Assembly: GCA_002633005.1 (NCBI GenBank)
Contig: NMRA01000425.1
Span: 130,728 to 194,727 of the forward strand
Source of the DNA: Phoronis australis
Lineage: Eukaryota > Animalia > Phoronida
Direction of reading: 5' to 3'
DNA length: 64,000 nucleotides
The notes beneath the pieces were generated by a model. It worked only from the letters and a program-made list of their open reading frames with translations, ran no database searches and was not told the origin of the DNA. The position numbers and the translations under genes are program-made. Shown in pieces: positions 22,378 to 32,790 of the stretch (the first letter of the stretch is position 1; each line of letters begins with the position of its first letter).

Positions 22378-23288
22378 TACAACATATTCTTTTACTACAA
22401 CAATCATAAATGTTTCAGTTGCTTGTTAAATAATTTAAGTTTCTTTACTAATGAGATGATGTCTTCTTTGATTCTTAATTCATACGGAACTATGGACTAG
22501 TTCGACCAGATGGCATTTCACGACCTTGCTTCAATAGTGCTATGTCTTTTTCCTGTTCCGGCTAACTGTAGTGATAACTACTGTCAGCTCGTGAAGTGAA
22601 TTCGGCCAATGTAAGTTGATCCTGGTTAATAAAAAGCAAAAACTCAGTTCTCAATTTTGTGCCGAAAATTGCGTATAGTAATTATATTGACCTTGAATGT
22701 TTTTAGTTATTGTTAGAAAAGGAGGTCACTTGATTACACACACCCGGCGGATATTTTCTTTGTATACGAACCGCAAGGATTTTGCATAGGTATCCAAAAA
22801 GAAGAAATGTGATCCTTGGAAACAAATGTTTTTAGTTTGTGCAATGGTGAAATTTCCATTTTAGTGCTCAGGTTTTCAATGCCATTTTCTGAATTACTTT
22901 GAAAAAAAAACACTTAAGAGATGACAGCTTCACAAGGGCATGTGGGCGTTCCGTAGACGCGAGAACCTCGCGAAAACGCAAGATCCTGCAAGACTTCACG
23001 AAATCTCGTCATGTATTACAGACAAAGTACGTGATCACACTAGCTTCCTTCTCGAGGTTCTTGCTTCTACGGAACTCAGGCCGGGGATACAAATAAATGG
23101 GATTCCAGCCATGAGCGCGAACATCGAAGCAGTAAGAACCACCAGGTCTTGGAAATCTTCCTTAAAACTGCATGTCGCGAGTACGGTGGTAACAGGTTTC
23201 ACTTTTTTAACAAAATTTGAACGTTGAGCTTTTTAAAAATAACTCTAATTAGGAATTGAAATACCATAAAAACTTACTGTGGGCATAC

Positions 23289-23333
23289 GTCATTTTCCCT
23301 TGCGACGTCGTCCTCTTCTCTACTGCTCGCCAT
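23289..23333 (-). CDS. Candidate first coding exon (MASSREEDDVAREND), possibly of chitin synthase
   Basis: gcaATGG start context, acceptor ttgtag just upstream, donor GAC|gtatgc in phase 0, compatible with the aag acceptor at 21998. Confidence 0.35.
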
Positions 23334-24344
23334 TGCTGACTACAACGTGCAATGTGTGTTTTGAAACATGATTTCCGCGTTGACTGTAGCAAGAGACTCC
23401 CTGGTCATGGAAGATTATTGTTTTGCGACCCTTGTATCTTTAACTTCTGCAAAAAAAAATGACAATCGAATAAAAACTAGCAAATAGTAAGACAACCTGG
23501 AGCTAAACAACAGCTGCATATACAGGCAACCTTACTCAAATGAATCCCCTGCAAAGTTTATTCTTCAGCATGAATAGACGTGTAGGGGGCTGTTTTGTTG
23601 CCCATATATTTCTTACTAAGTCATACATCACGTATACAATCAGCGTCGTACATGTATAGTTGGTTTTCAGACAAAAGACTTGCTAAGGAAATGCACATTT
23701 TATTTTCGCTCAAGTAGTATCAGCTCATTTCGCATCGGTGATGTGGCGTGAAACCGTCTCTGTGTTATAACGGAAAAGTTTATAACCGTCACAAATTTTA
23801 GAGAACAATGCTTTACGTTTGCGATACCGATGAAATAGAAATCGTTGCATCTTTTTCTTTTTTTTGACTTGGGACATAGATAGTAAACATTTTCTGAGAA
23901 GTGTGGCCAAGTACAATAATGTCAGACAGTTGAAAATATTCGGTCACAAAGGCAGTGTGTCAAAAATTGTATACTTTTCAATTCTAAGTCCCTGTGTATT
24001 TGAAAATTCGTCCAAAATTAAAGATTTTTCCGTCTTTTGCTTGTGAGGAACAGAGAATGAATTTCCCCAACCAGGAAATAGTATGCTAGCGCTTGAACTT
24101 ATGTAGCAAATTTTAGCTTTGCAAATAATTATATTTTCAAACCAATATTCAAAACTTTCGCATTTGTCCGTTCTCGTCTAACGGAAAACTTGTAAGTAAC
24201 ACATAATCTGGAGGAAAACTCGGCTCTAGTTTGAAACAAAACGGGTCTGTAATATGAATTTTACGGCGTTTATGGAATATTCTGATATTTGGCCCAGCTA
24301 AAAAATCAATATTCTTCATTAGTACATAGCCAAGTGAATCAAGA

Positions 24345-24645
24345 GCGCGAAGTTTTGCTTTTTAGCGAGGTCCTAGCGTTACTAAACTCAGCCGTGGGTT
24401 CAATACCGCTAGGGTTTACACTGGCTAAAAAGCAAGACTTCGCGAGATTACGTGAGATATTGCTTTGTATTTTAAATGAGAGCACGTAATGTTAGGTCCG
24501 CGAGACAGCTACTGAGTTCTACCCAGGTTAGAGTTCAGTAACGCTAGGACCTACATGTAAGTTAGGACATAGCTAAAATCTAGCTAAAATCACGTGTTCT
24601 CATTTAAAATACACGGCAATGTCTCATGCAACCTCGCGAAGTCCT
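24345..24645. mobile_element. Cluster of about three partial copies, in both orientations, of the 2894..3046 MITE family
   Basis: gcgaagttttgctttttagcgaggtcctagcgttact (24347), its reverse gctaaaaagcaagacttcgcgaga (24424), and gagttcagtaacgctaggac...ctcgcgaagtc (24531..24643). Confidence 0.7.
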
Positions 24646-25589
24646 GATTAATTTATACTGAAATCAAGCCAGCTAGGCTTTGTAAGAACTTGGAGATAAA
24701 ATAGCACTCTCGAATATGACTTGAAGTTATTGAACCTAGCTACTAAATCTTTTTGTCGCTTTAGAAAGATAATCAGGATTTCAGAAACATTTGGGTTCAA
24801 GAAGGTTCAGGCAACATTTAGTAGAATTAGGAGGGATCTTTTTGTTACAAAAGGGTTGTTTACCGTTCTATTACACGTCAAACTTTAGTCTGAATTTGAC
24901 GTGGTCAAGTTTATTTCTAAAACTGTTGTGTGATCAGCCAGTTGAACGAAAAGGATCAAGACAGGGTCCAATTTTCACCGAAAAACGAATAGTTATACTT
25001 CTTGTTGTCTAGTCACATTGAAAGTGACGAGCTGAAGGGTCAATTGCGTGCACATAAAAGCCCCGTAATAGAGTTGAGAAAGTAGGAAAATAGAGTTAAA
25101 ATTCCAACTCTTTTGCTATGCATTACGTACATCTAATACTTAATCGAGTACGACCACACAAGAGCATGACTGAAAGTTAAATTCTACCGACAGAGGCTGA
25201 AAAATATTAGATATTTAAATTAGTAGGTCTGTAAATGTACATTTAAATCTAGTTAAACACGTTTGCAAGGTAAACTTTGCCCGTTTTTGTCAGGACTTCA
25301 CAATGGACTCCATTGTATGATGCGCTTTCATTGTTACGGATATTTCAGGAACTTTGTCACAGATTTCATTCCAGCAATAGTTACACGCAGTCTTTTATTA
25401 ACGGCTTTCACCAAATAAATGAGTTGCATTTCGACAACACTGCACGTGAAAACACCACTTGAAAACATTTCCTCGTTCCAATGTAAATACAATGACGTTG
25501 CGGCTTTTCTGACAATGTTTGCTGTGGATTACATATCAATGCGTCCATTGTCATGTACATTAAAGCACCTATAGATGCAGTCTAATATA

Positions 25590-25776
25590 GCCTCCAAAAA
25601 TTTCCTCGTCCGATCACCTTTTGTTGGCAGTTCCTTGATCTTTATGCTGTATATCGCCTCCAGCAATTTCCTCGTCCGATCACCTTTGTTGGCTGTTCCT
25701 TGATTCTTTATGCTGTCTATCGCCTCCAGCAATTTCCTCGTCCGATCACCTTTGTTGGCTGTTTCTTAATTCTTTA
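25590..25776. repeat. 66-bp tandem repeat, about 3 copies
   Basis: Unit ..cctccagcaatttcctcgtccgatcacctttgttggctgttccttgattctttatgctgtctatcg.. Confidence 0.9.
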
Positions 25777-27096
25777 CGTCGGTAGTAAGTTATGCTTTGT
25801 GCATATACGTGCTTGTCTGTGACAAGTTTAACTCACATCGTTTCTAATGGACAGTGGGGAATTTTTAATCGAGAAAATTTTGAAAGGGACCAAAAACGAA
25901 TCGAACGATTTCTAGGATTGATTCCAGGAGTAACGTAAATGTAACTGCCCCTGAATACAAAACAACATTAAACTCCATTCGGTTTCATCAAATCAGTGCG
26001 CTCACGCCGTACCCAAAGTTTTATTTACATATTACGATTAGTCGTATAAGACATGGTAATTCTGTCTAATACCGCATTCGTCTGGTCGCATACGGCTTAC
26101 CGAAGTGCATAAATAGGTGTTCTGACACTTCTCGAGCTAAAAAGTCGTTTTAGGGAGAATGCGGATCGACTATCGAGATGGCCCGGAACGGGTAGAAAAA
26201 GCGAGGCTAATTATATTGTAACAACTGAAGTGCTACTTGTAGAGCTTGTGCCAAAGGTTGAGTAAAAACAAAATGTGAATGAAACTAACAATAACAACAA
26301 AGGCAGCAAGACATAATGATCAACCAATCAAGTGCGAGGTACAAATAAAGCTATCACAATTTTAACGTCAGTTCAGTGGCTTGTTTCATCAAAGTGACTC
26401 GAGACTTCGGACATTTGGACTCCACATAACTATTTCAGAAAAAAAACAATTTAAACTCTCTTCAGCAAAAGAATAAATAGACCCATTATTCTTATTTACT
26501 GCGAGAAATTGTGCAAATTATTTCCAGTCTGTGGTGTTTTAATAACTACTTGACTAAACCTTTATCTGACAATTAAGTGGGAGCGGAAGGCCGATTGTTT
26601 GTCTTAAGTCCTAAGTCACTCTTCATAACACCGCCACCAGACAGTTTACTAACCATTGTCTCTAAGAAAGTGAACTGTACTACATTTCAAGTTCTGTAAA
26701 GAATGGCCAATTTACCGATAAATACACAAACGCATTCTGCGCCTTCCTACCTGCGCGCAAAATTATAAACATAAAGTAATTGCTGTTCCTATGAAACGGG
26801 CTGTTTGAGAGTGACGTGTAGGTGGTATGAAAGCGTACACTACGAATACTACAAATATGACTGAGTAAATATGCTAAATAGTGTATAAAAAACGTGTAGT
26901 TAAAATGAATTGAAAAACGATATTATCTCGAGTTTGAGGTCGCGGGTTGAAAACCTAGAAAGCAGGCTGGGTTCTGTATGTTGTCGGACGGTGGCGGTTC
27001 TTGGATGTCGACAACTGCTTCGAACTGATAGAGTTTAGTCACTGGATGATCAGTTTTCCCAGACTGAGTATGGATCTCGGCAGATCGAGCTACTCC

Positions 27097-27409
27097 CAGG
27101 GGCGGATCCAGGATTTTGATTTAGGGGGGCAGGCCAGAGTATTAGCCAGGATTTGCCTGTCAGACATTCGCCCCCCCCCCCGCATGGGTGACGCACCATA
27201 GGAGGCTGGAGGGGGGGGGCAATAGACCCCACTTTTTCAGTGCTACGCCGCACATGGTCTACAGGCGGTGCACCACAGGGGGCCTGAGGGGGATTTAGCC
27301 TCCCCCACTTTTTCAGTGCTGCGCCGCCCATGCCCCGAACTGCCCAATGGAATCTGAGAAAATGTGCATGAGGGGGCATGGCCCCCTTGCCCCTCTAAAT
27401 CCGCCACTG
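27097..27409. mobile_element. CAGGGGCGGATCCAG-type MITE inserted in the Bel/Pao remnant
   Basis: TIR caggggcggatccag / ctaaatccgccactg; no TSD visible. Confidence 0.75.
27183..27332 (-). mobile_element. CATGGGCGGCGCA-family MITE dimer, 5-bp TSD CCCCG, nested
   Basis: catgggtgacgcacca...gctgcgccgcccatg flanked by ccccg; reverse complement of 51943..52090. Confidence 0.8.
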
Positions 27410-28109
27410 ATTGCGTCGTGACTGAAACTAAGACGTTCCACTTTTTTGAATTTTCGTACAGCTCGCGAATTGTCGTGAACCAAAACGATGCCTTCGATAC
27501 CGGCAGTGGGAGAGACGGGTACGGATCGCGGTAGACGTTGGTGGATCTACCATCAGCTTAAAGGGTTTTGACTTCCGTCTTCCCCGTGTAGTGAAAAGAA
27601 TCATTATGCGCGTCGTCATGATTTTGGCGCGAAATGGCAAATCTTTGGCACGACCTTATTCATGGTGACTCGCACAAGTAGATCCTCCTTGTCCTCCGAG
27701 TCTATGGTGTAGAGTATGCGATTAAGCACTTGCAGTCTGTCGTAAAATTGTCGGAAGGTCGACTCATGTGTATTGCCCGGCGGGTGGTCCAAAGGCATAT
27801 CAATACCTTTGCACAAGAAGGGCGTCAACCGAAATCTCAACAGGTAGAGAGGGGTGTCATCCCTTAATACTATTTGTAAACTTTTCACAACTATCACGAG
27901 TGATTAAGTGGGAAAACATAACGTAATGTTTTCCTAATTAAAGAACTTGGGTTGACCTCCCAGCTGGGTATAGCGACGACTGATAACATTTTTACTTTAC
28001 TTTTCTGACCAAGAGATGCATAACGAAACTGAGGGGAAAGTTCATCGCGCTTACATTGGTTTTAGCAAGTGTTTTGGTTGTGTCGATGCTTTTCGTCTGT
28101 TCTACGTAC

Positions 28110-28290
28110 TACAGAACAAGAATCGGCAAAAAAAACAACAACAATGGATCAACTGAAATTTGAAATTTTCGGATGTAATAACTTCCTTTGTCAACAAAAA
28201 CAGAAATAAAGTAAAATCAAACACAAAATGACAATTGTCAAATTTCAGTTGATCCATTCTTGTTGTTTTATTTACCGATTTATATTCTAC
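28110..28290. repeat. Inverted repeat / foldback element
   Basis: aatcggcaaa...aacaatggatcaactgaaatttga vs tcaaatttcagttgatccattcttgttg...taccgatt. Confidence 0.75.
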
Positions 28291-28829
28291 ATTTCATGAA
28301 ACAATAGTATCCTTGGGAGGATCTGGATCGCCTTATTTAGTTTCAGATATATTTTCTACGTTACAAAACAAGGGTATCCAAGACAAACTGCTGTCGATAA
28401 TGCGCAACATATGTATCGACTATCGAAGCAATATCTTTTTACGGTCTAGTCACAAACCACTCTTTTTCCCCATTACGGGGTTTTCCCGTTGCTCCCAACT
28501 TATTCGATTCTAGAGCTCAACAAGTTGGGAAGTTTACCCCTGTAGCCAATATCTTACATGACTGATTAACTCCATTCTGGCATTCATGGTTGGAGGGCCA
28601 GCTCTCTTTTGTTCGATAATTGCTCTGATTTTCAATAAGATCGTATCTAGCCTGACTGAGCTGTGCTGTTACAAATAAAAGTTAAGTTGTAACGCATTTG
28701 AACATAAACCAATAGCATTTCTGAAATCCTCGTCAAATAGTGGTCATGTTTAGTTTTTGAATCGCCAAAATCGCCCAACTGAAACCGAAGTTACGATAAT
28801 CTATTCTTTCCGAATGTACCAATTCACTC

Positions 28830-30110
28830 TGGGTTTGACGATGTTCACACGTGGTCTGTAATAAGCCTCGTAGATAATTGGCCTGTCTGTTGTCATAACA
28901 GACAAAAGGATGTGCTTGGCAGTTAACAAAGAAGTTAGATGTTATCACACGCTCAGAACCCCCTACGTCTGGTAAAGTCACTGAACAGGAAAACCCTGTC
29001 ATGCATGAGCACCAGGTGTCAGGCAAGATTGCGCCCAGAGCCCCTGGCCTTTTCACGTTTGTCAGTAGATTAGTAAACAATATTAAAGAGAGGGGAGCCA
29101 GAAGTATTCACGTCTCAGATGATTAGCTCGTTGTTTTTTGCGGATGATCTAATGCTACTTTTTAACACTGTTAGGGAACTAGGACGAAAAAACAACGTAC
29201 TTGATGAATTTTGTAACAACTGTAACCCCAAAATGAACCTTTAAGAACGAAGGATACTAATACTAGGATATGCATCGTATTCAGACTAAAGTGAGCCCAA
29301 TGTAATTGTAGAACTCTAGCAACTCAGCGGCAAGAAGCAGTGAATGTGATTAAAGCTAGTTTTTCTCAGGTAAAATGCTTTCTCCCTCGATTTGCTTCAA
29401 ATTATATGACACCGTTATATTACCTGTGTTGCTGAATTACATGCAACTACGGTCTGTAGGGTAGAAACTGAACATGAGTTTTATAAGTGTACTAAGATTA
29501 AATTAGAAGATCTGGAATGTTCCTGCAAGGAAATAATGTAGCAGACAGACGCTGTGTACTAAATATGTGCAAACACCAGTAATTTACTGGACAAGAATAC
29601 TGCAAATGGACCTTGCCATATCCCCGGGTCAATGTTATACGTTGTCAAGGCAACAGTGTGAGAGAGGAAGAAAGAACTGGGCCTAAAATGTCTGATGTGT
29701 GTTGTTCTGAAATGGTTTTGGAGAAATGCGGTTGTTTGGTCAGGGAAACATCGAATTATTTTGATGGAATTCAACCAGACTTCTTGATCGTGGTATTCAT
29801 TAATGGCAAACAGAAACTGTCAACTCATATAGATACCAGTCATACCACAGTATTAGACTGTCTTGGTGTGTGCCCTGTTCCCGAGGACCTCAGCGCAAAC
29901 TTCACGAGTTATACCAAGCTGGTACACATACTACTAGACGGTTGTAAATTTTCAAAAACAAGGATGATCACAGCGTATTTAAGCGGCTGGCTCTGTATAT
30001 TTATAAAGCAGTTCAATTACGAGACGACATGGCTAACTGCCTGTAGTGCTGGAGATGCCCATTATATATTAATAAAGATTATTATTATCATTATCATTAT
30101 GAGTATCATT
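28830..30110 (+). mobile_element. Decayed non-LTR retrotransposon (RTE-X-like) RT and 3' end
   Basis: Hand translation GVRQDCAQSP..., SLFFADDLMLL...NVLDEFCNNCNPKMNL, KLYDTVILPVLL, NWA*NV*CVLF*NGFGEM; ends AATAAA plus (ATT/ATC)n tail at about 30071. Confidence 0.8.
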
Positions 30111-31729
30111 GTCATTGCCATTGCCATAGTCATTGTTACTTTTAATTTCGTGAACATCTAATAGACCTTTCGATTTACTGTAGCAAATGGTAAGCTTATA
30201 AAGAAAACAATTTGCGTAATGCAACTGAACAACGCTAGTTGCTTGGCCGTTTCACCTAGTAAAACGCGTTTTCGGCATATCTGTTCCGGAGATTTGCTCA
30301 CTTGTTTGCAACCAGTCCACCAGTTTACAAAATATTTTTGTTTAATACTCAGCAGTACTAGAAGAGCCATCCTTCTAGCATTTTTTATTAATTTTTTGAG
30401 TTATTTGTCGACTGTTGAAGTTAGTTGAACTGTCACTACTTCTGTTTTTTTGAAATGCCGAAGACTAAAGTTGCTAAAATTTAAAAATGAAAAACGAATG
30501 CAAACGTTCTTTTCATGTGTAGCATGTATCAACAGTTTCGACAATTTACAAGATTAACCTAGGTTTTAGAGCAATTTTTCGAAAAAATACAGTCATTTTT
30601 GATGTTCCAAAAGCTAAATGTAAAGTTTTGATTAGCCTTCAAAACCGGTTACAGAGGTTTCAGAAAGTATGTGAAAACCTCGTTGATTTAAAGTAGAGGA
30701 ACAATAAAAAACACAAAGCGGATCTTTAGGTCATGAGAACGCTCGTACGGAGCGTGACGGAGAGAGGTTGACTGCTCAGTTTTTTTGTAAGCTGTTATTG
30801 AGGTCTTCGTTTTAGTTGGCACCTTACCGCGTCGATTGTTATAAGGCGCCCCTTCTTTTGTAATACCTACAAAGGATTTGTGGGCTCAAAATGTGTGCGT
30901 CTTGGGTGAACAATACACGGTTATTTCCTCGTTGACCTTTTTTGGTTACGGCAAGTTCCAAGCAACTCGTGACAAAATAATTGAAGATAAAGTTGTTCTT
31001 CATATTGTAAAATGAAAAACCTAAGCAGGCACAATAGGTAGTAATGAACATGTTGCCTCAAATATTACCTCAAGCGGCCACTTTCTTTATAATGTTTTTT
31101 TTTTTCATTAATCACGGACATTGGAAGGAATTCACGTATTGCGCCGTATTTCTCCAAAGCACGTCCACGTAGTGGGCTATATAGAAAGCAGAACTGTCGC
31201 CGAATACGCCTACATGTATATTGTGGAAGCGAAAATTTGACTTTTGGTCTTCTTCGTGTAGCTTTTAAAATAAAACCTCGACAGTCTTAGTGATATTCTC
31301 CAGTTCTACCCAACAGTACATATAGTCCACTCAGAGAAATCAGTTGTCGAGGTCACACAAGTTCTCGGTATCATATTGAGGTTATCATGCATAAATCCGA
31401 ACAAGTGGCTATTTGATGGAAAACAAACATAGCTAAACTTTCTTCAATATTTCCCGACGTTGCGGAGCGGACAGGAATGAAGCGCCAAAGGGTTCCTAAC
31501 TGAGTAACTTTCTGAGCGTAAACTGCAAACGTGCTTGCAGAATGATTCAATAGCAACTTAACGCCCTCTGTTGTCTGTTCCAAAACAACAGTTTCCGGGA
31601 CCGTGTGTATAGTGTAGCGAGAGACTTAAATCTTTCCAGATCTTGCCTAATCACCCGCGTTTTTCACGATGTTTTTGGTCAATGAGACGTGTCGCATACA
31701 TAAAAATACGCACAAAATGTCCTTTTGTG

Positions 31730-31983
31730 CATGCGCGTACCCAGCCTTCAATATGGGGAACTCGAATTCCTGACTTTGAGGACCTTTTGGTAACCGTAAA
31801 AGGGGGCGGACTAAAAGAAAAATACGGGAGCACCATTGTAAATTACGCGTTTGCGCATGTTTAATGGACTTATCCCTCATTTTCTCGGACTTTTTGTCTC
31901 TCAGAGGCAGACCTTTTTGCCCACTTCGCCAAATGGGTGGCTCGTTCGAGCCCGGCCTCCAAGCCACCCTGGGTGCGCGCATC
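31730..31983 (+). mobile_element. MITE with CATGCGCGTACCCAG ends, near-perfect 5-bp TSD (ttgtg/ttatg); truncated second copy at 33200..33423
   Basis: TIR catgcgcgtacccag / ctgggtgcgcgcatc; the second copy shares cccagcctt-aatatgggg..ctcgaatt and ctcgttcgag. Confidence 0.7.
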
Positions 31984-32604
31984 TTATGAGCATAAATGAA
32001 TTTTCAATTGACCCTCTCCCGACATTAGCATAAGGAATGTCCTTGTACCCCCGCTTCTATGTGCTTTGTGTCATGCACCTAACAACAATTGCAATGACAC
32101 ACTGACGACTATCTTTCCATTTCTATCAAGCGGTTCTTTGTTGAAATATTTTTAACGGACACAAAATTAAGTAATAGTGTCCGAGTCGGCGATGTCCACG
32201 ACTTGAGTTGTTGCATTGTGGCACTCATAAGCAGTGCTATGGTGGTAAAATTAGAGGTAAGTAGTAGGCGCCCAAAGCCCACCGTATCACCAGCTGAGCA
32301 CTGAACGTAACGGCCGGTGCGTATGCGCTACGTTCAAATGCCAAAAGGTGGTTGGCTGCGCCAACGCCGCGCCTACGCCCAACAGCACACAGCTCTTGAT
32401 GATGAGGAGACTCGATCTTGGTCGAGCCACCTAATGAGGTTACGCCGTCATCGTTGCTTACCTTCGTAGAAAATGTATTTTCCCCGGTGCCGGTTGAAGT
32501 ATGTACTCGCTGCAAAACTCCTTTCCCGGCCGTCTTCCCACCTAATGCATATGAAAGTATAGAGGCGCCATCATCGCGCCGGAAGACTAAGCGCACGGAA
32601 TCAC

Positions 32605-32790
32605 CGTGACAGTGTGGCTCAGTGGTTTGAGCCCCGGGCTCCCGTTTGTGAGTGGATACCCGGCCTGGTTCGAATCCTGGCTTTACTGGCTGACAATCGA
32701 GCATTGCACATAGGTGTCTCCCACTCCTCTGAGCGCGGTCTTACTAGTGAATGTATGTAAGGGAGTGAATGAGAACCTGTGGATGTAATG
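32605..32790 (+). mobile_element. tRNA-derived SINE
   Basis: A-box TGGCTCAGTGG, B-box GGTTCGAATCC, followed by non-tRNA body; 3' end uncertain. Confidence 0.6.

Larger units (their letters stand above)
26930..27850 (-). mobile_element. Internally deleted, decayed Bel/Pao LTR-retrotransposon remnant interrupted by MITEs
   Basis: Gag-like FRQFYDRLQVLNRILYTIDSEDKEDLLVRVTMNKV, then GIVLVHDNS..., and after the insertion VARSAEIHTQSGKTDHPVTKLYQFE, matching my recollection of the Bel/Pao C-terminal VRSAxxxTxxGxxxRPxxKLYPLE motif. Stops and frameshifts present. Confidence 0.7.

Noticed and set aside
29613-30161. 182-aa plus ORF
   Set aside because: Off-frame read-through of a decayed LINE 3' end into its (ATT)n tail.
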